Shown: positions 1-8,486 of the stretch, piece after piece
Layout: every line of letters starts with the position of its first letter
How positions within the stretch are numbered: the stretch's first letter is position 1
Source of the DNA: Methanolobus sp.
Lineage (GTDB): Archaea > Halobacteriota > Methanosarcinia > Methanosarcinales > Methanosarcinaceae
Direction: 5' to 3'
DNA length: 64,000 nt
NCBI GenBank assembly: GCA_030154025.1
Contig: JASKKT010000002.1
Coordinates: forward strand, 4,958 to 68,957
Program-made: the position numbers and the translations under genes
Notes under the pieces: model-generated
The model's database searches: none
What the model saw: the letters and a program-made list of their open reading frames with translations, nothing else
What the model was told of the DNA's origin: nothing

Positions 1-203
1 TCCTGTTTGAATATCTTCTGTATACCAAACTCAGTAATGACCGCAGCCAGCACGGCTGCAAGTATGATAGCAAGGGCCGGTATGCCAAAGAAATATACCG
101 ATGCAAGAGATACAGGGATAAGGGCCAGTATCTTGGCTGTATTGATCGATCTGAAACTAATACCTGATTTTATGTGTGGTGGAGCTGAAATTGTGTAGCC
201 CAT
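1..203 (-). CDS. rnfD: Rnf complex subunit D, 5' part (runs off window)
   Basis: Manual translation MGYTISAPPHIKSGISFRSINTAKILALIPVSLASVYFFG... has the RnfD-type SxPPHI start. It directly follows rnfC, with GAGGTGA upstream. Confidence 0.9.
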   Translation of the reverse strand, partial: MGYTISAPPHIKSGISFRSINTAKILALIPVSLASVYFFGIPALAIILAAVLAAVITEFGIQKIFKQ

Positions 204-204
204 G

Positions 205-1551
205 TTACTCACCTCCGCAGCATCCAACTTTCAGGTTGGACGATTCCTTCGGAATGGCGTCCTCATATGCATTCTCAATTGCACTCTTTGCATACCTGAT
301 AAGCTGCAGTATGTGTATCTTAGACGGACAGGCAAAAGAACACCTGCCGCATTCTATACAGAATTGGATATGCATCTGACGGCATTCATCAAAGCGACCC
401 TGGTTCGCCAGCACAGCAAGCCGGGTAGGCAGCAGGGAAACAGGACATGCATCCACGCAGCGTGCACAATGGATACATGCCAGGGACTCATCACGAAGGA
501 CCTGTTCTTTGGTCAGCAGTGTGATCCTGGTGGTTCCCTTGGTTACCGGGACCTCATCCGTATATTGTGCAACACCGGTAATGACGCCATTTGCAACGAT
601 CTTGCCGATCTCTCCGTTGAAATTACACTCCTCTATGATATCCCTGAAGGGAGTGCCTATCCTGACCAGCATGAAATTGGGACAGTCCACGTCCCCTTCC
701 AGGGTTATGACAGTCTCATAGTAAGGCTTGCCTTCATGCACAGCATCATAGAGTGCCTTTGCGGATTTGACCCCGCATACTGCAACCCCCACGTCTGTCG
801 GGTTGCAGCCCACGGGAACCTTGCGCCCTGTGACGTTGTGAGTGAAGAAGCTAAGAATGTTCTTACCATATATCCGCTCCTGGGATGCAACAATGATATT
901 TGAGCCCTGGTCCTTGAAATAGTGGCCCAGACGGCGTGTACCAAGAAGCGGGGCTACCTTGAGGGTCTTGCCATTAACCTGGACTCCCTCGAAAGCCTCA
1001 ATGGATTCCTTATCATCTTTTCTTAGAATGATGGCACCTTTTGCAGCTCCTGAGGCTTTGATCAGCAGCTTCAGTGCATCCAGCATCTGGGTGGCATACT
1101 CCCTGGGAGTTGCATACTTGCCACCGATCCATTCGGAGGCAGTGGCATTTATAAGGACAAGGTCTATTTTCTTCCCTTCAGGCCTGATCACTGTATGGGT
1201 GGGTGCGCCATAGTGCTCCACAATGCCTGCATCCCGCATAATGGCTATGAGCTCTTCAGATGAAGGATTCTGTTTAGGCACGAAAGCAACCGTTTCCTGC
1301 GAGTCGGTGGTCTTTATTATTACACTTAGCACCTTGTTACCGTCAGGATTGGGGGCATCTTCGATGGCAACTACCTCACCGCATACGCTGGAGTGCACAT
1401 CAGAAGAATTATAGGAGACTGACTCCCCTATCTTCTGGCCGATAAGCACCTGATCGCCCTTTTTCACCAGAGACTTGCAAACCGTGCCTCGGTGCTGTTT
1501 TAAGGGAATAACTACCTGTTCCGGTATCTTCTTTAATCTTTTACTTTCCAC
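205..1551 (-). CDS. rnfC: Rnf complex subunit C
   Basis: RnfC N-terminal motif (PLKQHRG..VKKGD.V..GQ, VHSSVCGEV), SLBB-like region and two CxxCxxCxxxCP clusters. GTG 1551 chosen from the GAGGTGA SD. Confidence 0.92.
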   Translation of the reverse strand: MESKRLKKIPEQVVIPLKQHRGTVCKSLVKKGDQVLIGQKIGESVSYNSSDVHSSVCGEVVAIEDAPNPDGNKVLSVIIKTTDSQETVAFVPKQNPSSEELIAIMRDAGIVEHYGAPTHTVIRPEGKKIDLVLINATASEWIGGKYATPREYATQMLDALKLLIKASGAAKGAIILRKDDKESIEAFEGVQVNGKTLKVAPLLGTRRLGHYFKDQGSNIIVASQERIYGKNILSFFTHNVTGRKVPVGCNPTDVGVAVCGVKSAKALYDAVHEGKPYYETVITLEGDVDCPNFMLVRIGTPFRDIIEECNFNGEIGKIVANGVITGVAQYTDEVPVTKGTTRITLLTKEQVLRDESLACIHCARCVDACPVSLLPTRLAVLANQGRFDECRQMHIQFCIECGRCSFACPSKIHILQLIRYAKSAIENAYEDAIPKESSNLKVGCCGGE

Positions 1552-1561
1552 GATGATCACC

Positions 1562-3043
1562 TCAGAATGCCGGCTCCCTCTGGATCTCTGTTGGTCTCTG
1601 GCCGGGTATCGTCACATCGATGTCCCTGTCAGAAAGATCATTGTCAGCTCCTGCAGGATCTGTTTCATACCCCAGGGCCTGCCAGTCGATTGCAGTTGCT
1701 GTTACACCATGGCAGTCACCACATCCGAGCGGCTGCGCAAGTCCGGTGGTAGAGCTTGCAACATTGTGACTTACCGGGAAGTACATTTCCACTGTCCTGA
1801 GAACTGCGTTGGGATAGTCGGCCTCGCCGTCACCGTCTGCATCGAAGGATCTTATCTCCTCCTCTGTAACTGTGCCGTCATTATCTGTATCAGCTCTCTG
1901 CACGTGTGCCGGCAATATTGGATTGCCTATTGCAGAACTGTTGTTTGGATCTGCGACCGCTGGGTCGTTGCCCTCATCCCACCAGGTGCCGGTTATCACG
2001 TTGAAAGGTCTCAGTATGGCATTGGTAGAGTCACTGCTGCCGTTAACAGGAAGGCGGTCATAGTAAGTACCATCATACCATGCAAGCACCGGGGTGAACG
2101 TAGAATCATGGGTCACCACTTCACGAACGCCGTTAGCCCAGCTGAATTCCCTTATTGGGGACTCGCCTGATATCTCCCCTCCGGGAAGAGCCGGTATGTG
2201 GCATGACTCGCAGCTCACTGTTGCAAGATGTCCGTCCGTCATTGCACCATGCGATATACCTGCATGGCATCCGACGGAATCACAGCTCCGTACCCCTCCC
2301 TCGAATGCCTCATGCATTTCCTCGGGGGCGTTGAGCAGTTCCTTGCGTCCGATCTGGTGATCCTCAGTGGCATGGCACTCATAGCAGCTCACATTCGCGT
2401 GAACATCATACTGGGCATAATCAGGGGAAGTCCATGTAACTGCAGTGGTGGAAACTTCGCTTACATGGCAGTTGGCGCACAGTTCCTTCCTTGGAGCACC
2501 ATTCACATGATCGTGTATCTCAGTGACGATGGGAAGGGGCGTAAGCACATCAAGCATGTAGCTCAGGACATAAAGAGGACTCTGTTGTGCATGGGTTCTT
2601 GCCTCATCAAGGGCTGCATCAGTCGCCACTTCAATATCACCGGCACTGATAGCTCCTGCACGTGCATGGAAATCATAAAGCCCGTTCTGTTCATGGCATA
2701 CCATACAGTCTATATCCATACCATACTCCGCCATGTACCCACCTCCTGGATGCACCTGGCCGTATGTGGTTGCCCTGGCATCACCCTGAATGCTTCCGGC
2801 AAGGACGCCGTATTCCATTATAGAGGTCCACTGGGCAAGGTCCTGCTGTACATGATATGACCTGGAAACTTCGTCGTACATCCCAATGTGACAGCCTGCA
2901 CAGGAACTATCAGACCATTCCTGCTGTGTCATATAATGAACAGCCATTACATCGTTGCCACTATAGCCAACGTAAGCATATACGCCAGCTGCGGCAAACA
3001 TGAAAACAAGGATTGCAATTAAGACCGTGTTCAATTTAGACAT
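1562..3043 (-). CDS. mmcA: Membrane-anchored multiheme cytochrome c (MmcA)
   Basis: N-terminal hydrophobic anchor, six CxxCH motifs and one CxxxxCH (CDSVGCH). Directly upstream of rnfC, as in Methanosarcina. Confidence 0.9.
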   Translation of the reverse strand: MSKLNTVLIAILVFMFAAAGVYAYVGYSGNDVMAVHYMTQQEWSDSSCAGCHIGMYDEVSRSYHVQQDLAQWTSIMEYGVLAGSIQGDARATTYGQVHPGGGYMAEYGMDIDCMVCHEQNGLYDFHARAGAISAGDIEVATDAALDEARTHAQQSPLYVLSYMLDVLTPLPIVTEIHDHVNGAPRKELCANCHVSEVSTTAVTWTSPDYAQYDVHANVSCYECHATEDHQIGRKELLNAPEEMHEAFEGGVRSCDSVGCHAGISHGAMTDGHLATVSCESCHIPALPGGEISGESPIREFSWANGVREVVTHDSTFTPVLAWYDGTYYDRLPVNGSSDSTNAILRPFNVITGTWWDEGNDPAVADPNNSSAIGNPILPAHVQRADTDNDGTVTEEEIRSFDADGDGEADYPNAVLRTVEMYFPVSHNVASSTTGLAQPLGCGDCHGVTATAIDWQALGYETDPAGADNDLSDRDIDVTIPGQRPTEIQREPAF

Positions 3044-3051
3044 AAATAACC

Positions 3052-3465
3052 TCACTGTTCTTTCGCTTGAGCCACTTCCTCGAGTTCCTTGAGAACAATA
3101 CCAATCGCATTACGCAGGTTCTGTTCACTGGTTATTTTCATTTCATCTGACACGTATGCGCTGATCTCGAAAGATTTACGGACAACCCTTACATTGAAGT
3201 CGAAGAATTTATCCATCAGTCCTTTTTTAGGCGTGTAGCCATAAAAATCCACATCCATATGGTTACCAAGGACATTCGCCCTGAGCTCTATCTTATCAAG
3301 GGGCGAACCAGGCTTAACATATATGATAGTGTGCCTTGAAGAAGCGAAGTGCTTCTCTATACCTCTCCAGCCATACTCTTCCATTAACTGATGAAGTGCA
3401 ACAATCAGGTATCTGTCCTTACTTGAATTGCCACCAGTTCCTGTTTTTACATCCGGGCTCTTCAT
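3052..3465 (-). CDS. Hypothetical protein heading the mmcA-rnf operon
   Basis: 137-aa ORF with an ATG start, ending 8 nt before the mmcA ATG. No recognised motif. Confidence 0.7.
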   Translation of the reverse strand: MKSPDVKTGTGGNSSKDRYLIVALHQLMEEYGWRGIEKHFASSRHTIIYVKPGSPLDKIELRANVLGNHMDVDFYGYTPKKGLMDKFFDFNVRVVRKSFEISAYVSDEMKITSEQNLRNAIGIVLKELEEVAQAKEQ

Positions 3466-3575
3466 TATGATTACTTCCTGCAGATAAACCGTATAACAAA
3501 TATCGATATGCCAGAAACTCGATTGAGTTTACTCTACCGTCGTGCATATATATTAATTATATCTTTTCATACGGT

Positions 3576-4595
3576 ATGAAGTATAAAACAGTTGCCATTG
3601 TCATAGTAGTGACTTTTATGGCATTACTTGTCGTGAACTACATGCCCTCTTCCGGTCCGGAGGGGCCTGACACTCTGGAGACCTATAGCAGTACCAGAAG
3701 TATAATGGATACGACTGTTACTATCACAGTACTCGGACACGATGAAGAGCTGGCGCATGAGTCCATTGAGAAGGCATTTGGGAGAATAGAGTATGTGGAT
3801 GCCCTCATGAACAACTATGATAATAGCAGTGACCTGAGCGTGCTTAACCGACAGGGATATATCACAGATGCAAATCCGGACCTGGTCTATGTGATAAACA
3901 GATCTGCCTACTATTCAGAGACCAGTAAGGGAGCCTTTGATATTTCCATACAGCCGCTGCTGGACCTGTGGAAGAGCAAGTTCAGTCCCGGAGGCACTAA
4001 TGCACCACCCACTGGAGAAGAGATCAATGAGACCCTGAAACTTGTCGATCATTCTGCCATCACCATAGAGAACAGGAACATAACTCTTGGGGAGGGTATG
4101 GAGCTTACCCTGGGAGGAGTGGCAAAGGGATATGCGGTGGACCTGGCGGTGGAATCGCTCCTGGAGGATGGGATCGAGTCAGGATTTGTCAATGCCGGTG
4201 GTGACGGGAGATACATAGGCACAAAGGCAGGAAGTATTCCCTGGAAAGTAGGACTGCAGAACCCGGAGAGGAGTGAAGAGGCGATCGCAGTGATGGACAT
4301 TGAGGACATGGCAGTTGCAACCAGTGGCAACTACGAGCGCTATTTCAACGAGGCAGCAAAAGTCTCCCATATATCCGACCCGCGGACAGGATACCCTTCA
4401 CAGAGTCTCATGAGTGCAACTGTTATTGCAGGCAGCGCCATGGATGCGGATGCCTTTGCAACAGCACTGTTCGTCCTGGGCGAGGAAGACGGAATGGAAG
4501 TGATAGAGAATCTTGACGGAGTGGAGTGCCTCATAATCACTGCAGATAAGAGGATAATCCGCTCAAGCGGATTCTCACAATACGAGAGCCAGTGA
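3576..4595 (+). CDS. apbE: FAD:protein FMN transferase (ApbE family)
   Basis: Motifs GAFDISIQP, LGGVAKGYAVD, NAGGD, ATSGNYERY, HISDPRTG, ADAFATALF. N-terminal membrane anchor. Confidence 0.93.
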   Translation: MKYKTVAIVIVVTFMALLVVNYMPSSGPEGPDTLETYSSTRSIMDTTVTITVLGHDEELAHESIEKAFGRIEYVDALMNNYDNSSDLSVLNRQGYITDANPDLVYVINRSAYYSETSKGAFDISIQPLLDLWKSKFSPGGTNAPPTGEEINETLKLVDHSAITIENRNITLGEGMELTLGGVAKGYAVDLAVESLLEDGIESGFVNAGGDGRYIGTKAGSIPWKVGLQNPERSEEAIAVMDIEDMAVATSGNYERYFNEAAKVSHISDPRTGYPSQSLMSATVIAGSAMDADAFATALFVLGEEDGMEVIENLDGVECLIITADKRIIRSSGFSQYESQ

Positions 4596-4617
4596 AGGAA
4601 AATTTAATTGGGAGAGC

Positions 4618-5163
4618 TTACTTCAGCCGGACCTCGTGCAGTGTATCATAAAGAGGGCCTTCCGGGGTAAGCGTGCTCCTTTTGAGCCGTATAGCATCTG
4701 CCTGCATGGTTCCGATGTCGGTGTCCTTCAGCTCCTCGATCAACTGAAGGAACTTTTCCTTATTCTTTTTTGGAAGGTACTTTACCCTTGCCAGAGTTGC
4801 ATGGGCATTAAAGTCATGAGAGTCTTTCTTGAAACCAAACGACGATAGCGATTCCTCGACAAGACGGTGCAGTTCATCGAAGTTTCCTTCACAGCCAATC
4901 CAGACAACTTTTGCGAACTTTGGCTTGGGGAATGCTCCCACTCCACGAAGGGATACCTCAAAAGGAGCATATGAGATCCCATCCATGGCTTTTGCAATAT
5001 CATCTATCTGCTCTTCGGGCACTTCTCCCAGGAACTTCATGGTAATATGAACAAGAGAAGGATCTACGAACTTGAACTTGAAATCGTCGAATCTGGACTG
5101 TATTTCCGCAATCTTAGAATGCAACTCCTCCGGCAGGTCCACTGCAATAAAGGTCCTCACCAA
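4618..5163 (-). CDS. thpR: RNA 2',3'-cyclic phosphodiesterase (2H family, LigT-like)
   Basis: RTFIAV start and two HxT motifs (HITMKFLG, HATLAR). Confidence 0.92.
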   Translation of the reverse strand: MVRTFIAVDLPEELHSKIAEIQSRFDDFKFKFVDPSLVHITMKFLGEVPEEQIDDIAKAMDGISYAPFEVSLRGVGAFPKPKFAKVVWIGCEGNFDELHRLVEESLSSFGFKKDSHDFNAHATLARVKYLPKKNKEKFLQLIEELKDTDIGTMQADAIRLKRSTLTPEGPLYDTLHEVRLK

Positions 5164-5284
5164 ACCTATCACCTATGGTCATTTGATGCAGTGGCTTAAA
5201 TTCTTGACGCTGGGAGACAAGTTTTTATTTATAATGAGAGATATTATATATAGCTGGTTCAAAACGACATCACTGAGGGGAAAA

Positions 5285-6181
5285 ATGGACAATATCAGAT
5301 CAGTTGTAAAAGCGGCAATCAGACTTGCTGAGGATTTGGGATCCACCGCCATTATCATTTCCGGTGATGTTGATCAGGACGATGTCAGAACGGAAGTACC
5401 TGTCTTCTTTACATCCCGCCGCCCAAAGAGCATCATCGATCACCTGGTCGCAACCAGTAAGGGCAGGGAAGAGAAACTCAAAGAGATAACTGACAGGATA
5501 GCACAGCAGGCCACCAGCAGGATAGACCAGATAGAGAATGCATCTGCTGTCGAGCATATGCTTGGTGAACTCAAAGAGGGCCTTGTTGTAGGGATTATCG
5601 AGACTGCCGATTCCAGCGCCATTGTCGTCCATGAACTGGGGGAGAACCCGCTGGTGAAAGCTCTGAAGACCTGCGAGGAGAGAGTTCTGCCCGATGTGAT
5701 GCAGGCGGTGCTCAAGATCGCCTTTGATATAGCCAATATGGGCAGAGAGGGAAAGCAGGTGGGTACGGCTTTCATCCTGGGAGACGTAGAGGAAGTTATG
5801 ATCCGTTCACACCAGATAATCCTCAACCCCTACGCAGGTCATAGAGATCAGGACAGGGATGTCCTTAACCGTAACAACTGGGAATCCGTAAAGGAATTTG
5901 CACAACTTGATGGTGTGTTTGTGATATCCGAGGACGGGAAGATGGAAGCCGCAGGAAGGTACCTGGATGTGGATGCCAGGGACATCAGGCTGGACAAGGG
6001 CCTTGGAGGGAGGCACGTTTCAGCAGCCGCCATAACCAGGGACACCGTCTCCATAGCCATCACGGTCTCGGAATCCGGCGGAGTCATTCACGTCTACATG
6101 GACGGAAAGGAACTTATGGCCATAGAGTCAACGGAAAGGGCAAAGTGCTTCAATCCGTCCAATAACAGTATAACACTTTAA
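5285..6181 (+). CDS. dacZ: Diadenylate cyclase, DacZ-type
   Basis: DAC motifs EGKQVGTAF, QLDGVF (DGA-like) and GGRHVSA (RHxS). N-terminal AIRLAEDLG PK_C-like domain. ATG 5285 follows GAGGGG. Confidence 0.88.
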   Translation: MDNIRSVVKAAIRLAEDLGSTAIIISGDVDQDDVRTEVPVFFTSRRPKSIIDHLVATSKGREEKLKEITDRIAQQATSRIDQIENASAVEHMLGELKEGLVVGIIETADSSAIVVHELGENPLVKALKTCEERVLPDVMQAVLKIAFDIANMGREGKQVGTAFILGDVEEVMIRSHQIILNPYAGHRDQDRDVLNRNNWESVKEFAQLDGVFVISEDGKMEAAGRYLDVDARDIRLDKGLGGRHVSAAAITRDTVSIAITVSESGGVIHVYMDGKELMAIESTERAKCFNPSNNSITL

Positions 6182-6184
6182 AAG

Positions 6185-6218
6185 AAAAAAAATGCCGGCA
6201 GGATGCCGGACTTTTTTA
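6185..6218. terminator. Probable bidirectional terminator between convergent dacZ and the SatP-family gene
   Basis: CCGGCA-GGA-TGCCGG hairpin flanked by an A-tract and a T-tract. Confidence 0.6.
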
Positions 6219-6233
6219 CAATTTTCTTTGTCT

Positions 6234-6806
6234 TTAGTACCAGATCTTGATCTTGCCGACTTCGTCCATGACCAGTGCAGTTGCAAGGTAGAGTGCTGCA
6301 AGACCAACGAGGAGGGTTATTGCTCCTGCAATGACCAGTGGCAGTACTCCGAAGAACGCAGCTGCGAGGCTGAAGAAAGTCAGGTCAAGCAGTATGAATA
6401 CAAGGGTAATTCCTTTTACACCGATCTTTAGTGTGACTATTGTCAGCATAGTTGCAATAATGCCCCATATGAGGGTGAAGAATCCCATAGAGGTTCCACT
6501 TGCGGCTTCCATCGGAGCACCCCAGAGTCCGGCAGGGGCGAGGTTGATGTATGAGAAACCGAGCCACCAGAGACCGAAGATGGTGAATGCTGTGCCACCA
6601 AAGGTGTCTCCTTTCTTCCAGAGCTGCCAGCCTGCGATCAGTTCGGAGAATCCCCCGAGGAATATTGCCATTGCAATTACTACCAGTGCGTCACTGAACA
6701 TGCCCATGTTCATGAGCCCAGCAAATGTTGCTGCGAAACCCAGTCCGTAGAAACCTGTTGCTGCCGGGCTTGCAGTCCTGTCTTTTAAAATTACTTCTCC
6801 ATCCAT
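6234..6806 (-). CDS. GPR1/FUN34/YaaH (SatP/AceP) family transporter
   Basis: About six TM segments, GGFSELIAG and GDTFGGTAFTIFGLWW motifs, and a variant N-terminal signature (ASPAATGF). Confidence 0.85.
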   Translation of the reverse strand: MDGEVILKDRTASPAATGFYGLGFAATFAGLMNMGMFSDALVVIAMAIFLGGFSELIAGWQLWKKGDTFGGTAFTIFGLWWLGFSYINLAPAGLWGAPMEAASGTSMGFFTLIWGIIATMLTIVTLKIGVKGITLVFILLDLTFFSLAAAFFGVLPLVIAGAITLLVGLAALYLATALVMDEVGKIKIWY

Positions 6807-6938
6807 AGTTAATCACTTCCCTAACATATTTTTTAATAATTATCATCATTTAATGATAATTAAGATATAACTGATATCAAAGGTCTGTAAAACAAACAAC
6901 CTGCAAATAGTGTAACTTTATTGTGCTTATTAGTATCA

Positions 6939-6965
6939 CTAAGTGTCTATCACCAATTCTACCAT
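6939..6965 (-). CDS. Putative 8-aa leader peptide MVELVIDT (uORF)
   Basis: AGGAGGTG-TAA-ATG...ACT TAG TGA, lying between a BRE/TATA element and the SatP-family gene. Confidence 0.45.
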   Translation of the reverse strand: MVELVIDT

Positions 6966-6995
6966 TTACACCTCCTGATAAGGACTTTGGCAGAG

Positions 6996-7012
6996 TAGTA
7001 TATATCCTTTTT
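6996..7012 (-). promoter_or_regulatory. Putative BRE/TATA promoter for the uORF-SatP transcript
   Basis: Minus strand reads AAAAAGGA TATATACT, about 25 nt before the AGGAGGTG SD. Confidence 0.55.
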
Positions 7013-7347
7013 GTTCTTTACCTAAAGATGAAGCGGACTTAATAAGCTTTTTTGCTTATTTGAGGCATTATAAGCCTTAAATAAGCAATTAAGTTCAGAT
7101 AACCGGCTTGATTTCAAAAAAAGCTCAATAGAAATCTTTATTATAAAAAGATAATATAGAGAGATAAATATAAATTTGAAAATTCTTCTGTCTGCATCAC
7201 TTGTGAATGATTCATGCACAACCTGCCCGAAAAGTTTATTAAGCACTGTTAAATAAATATATAAGACTCAGGGCCTGTGCATGGGGAGCAGGCAGAGTAT
7301 AGAAATCCCGTCAGACAGTGAGTATGTTCACTGGTACGAACACCGGA

Positions 7348-8388
7348 TCATATCCTGAACCGCAGGAGGGCAGCAATGCCCCCTAGTGCAAGAAGCTTGT
7401 GGCCCGGTTCGAATATCGTACTGAATATCACTATCCTTCCCTGGGAGTGCTCCACCGACTGCAGGAAAGAATCGATATCCCCTTTTTCCCTTTCCTCACG
7501 CAGGAACTCGTCAGCCACCAGCAGCGTCTCTATTGAACCATAATCCTGGGCAGCCCTGACCTCTTCTATCCCATAGGCAGCCTTTCCTTGTACAGCGATC
7601 TCCCTGAGCAGTTCGTCCATCAGTGTGGATTCCCTGGCTATTCTGGATTCCTCGGTTATCCTGTCCACTGCGCCTCTTCTGAGAACCTCCTGGAAACCGG
7701 ACATCCCGATGGACGAGGTATCCTCGACCAGCACCCTTGAAGCAAGTTCAGGCTGTCTGGACTGCAGGTACTTGATGAAATCCTCTTTAGTGAATCCCGG
7801 GCCTGAGATCACAATTGCCTCAGATCCCGGAGCTGCAGTAACCAGCTTCTCCACTATCTCGTGGAAGAATACGTCCCTGAGGGAACCTTCCCCCTTACCC
7901 GAGGACTGGCAGATGTGGGAGTACATCTCTATACCGTAATGCCGCACAAGACCGATGTCCGCATCACCTTCCTCCACAGCGACCAGCACCACCTTCGGAC
8001 GCTTTGAGGCTGCCTCTGCCTCATCTATGCGCTCAAGCTGATCTTTTTTCCATGTCTTGATAATGGACAGGTTCGTGCCTTCCTCAACATTGAATGTATG
8101 GTGCTGCCCCGTATCCATGCCCTGCTCAATGACCCCGTGGATCCTAAGCCTGTTGGAAAACCTGTGGAATTCCAGGCCCTCAACCCTCAGGCCAAGCCTC
8201 ACATTCACCTTCTCTGCCTTCTCCGGCCTCAGCTTATCACTTGCTGTGTCAGCCTTCCTTTTCGTCAGGGCAAATACCAGGTCACCATTCTCTATAATAT
8301 ACTTCAGATGCCACAGGTCATCAAGAGTTTCAGTTGTTACGGATATTTCGCCTTCGCGGCCTCTCATACTTCTGTTTGTGACGCGCAT
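7348..8388 (-). CDS. pelA: mRNA surveillance protein pelota
   Basis: ETLDDLWHL, RLRIHGVIE, GPGFTK and LGGIAALLRF motifs. Confidence 0.95.
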   Translation of the reverse strand: MRVTNRSMRGREGEISVTTETLDDLWHLKYIIENGDLVFALTKRKADTASDKLRPEKAEKVNVRLGLRVEGLEFHRFSNRLRIHGVIEQGMDTGQHHTFNVEEGTNLSIIKTWKKDQLERIDEAEAASKRPKVVLVAVEEGDADIGLVRHYGIEMYSHICQSSGKGEGSLRDVFFHEIVEKLVTAAPGSEAIVISGPGFTKEDFIKYLQSRQPELASRVLVEDTSSIGMSGFQEVLRRGAVDRITEESRIARESTLMDELLREIAVQGKAAYGIEEVRAAQDYGSIETLLVADEFLREEREKGDIDSFLQSVEHSQGRIVIFSTIFEPGHKLLALGGIAALLRFRI

Positions 8389-8486
8389 CGCAGCACCTGC
8401 TGATTATATTAATAACAATTTGGTATCAGGTATCCTGTCATTCAGAATCAATTATAGAGTAATGCGCAAGGTAGATATTAAAGACA

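Noticed and set aside
5072..5284. 71-aa N-terminal extension of dacZ
   Set aside because: It overlaps the divergent thpR gene and the TATA-containing spacer. ATG 5285 has an SD.
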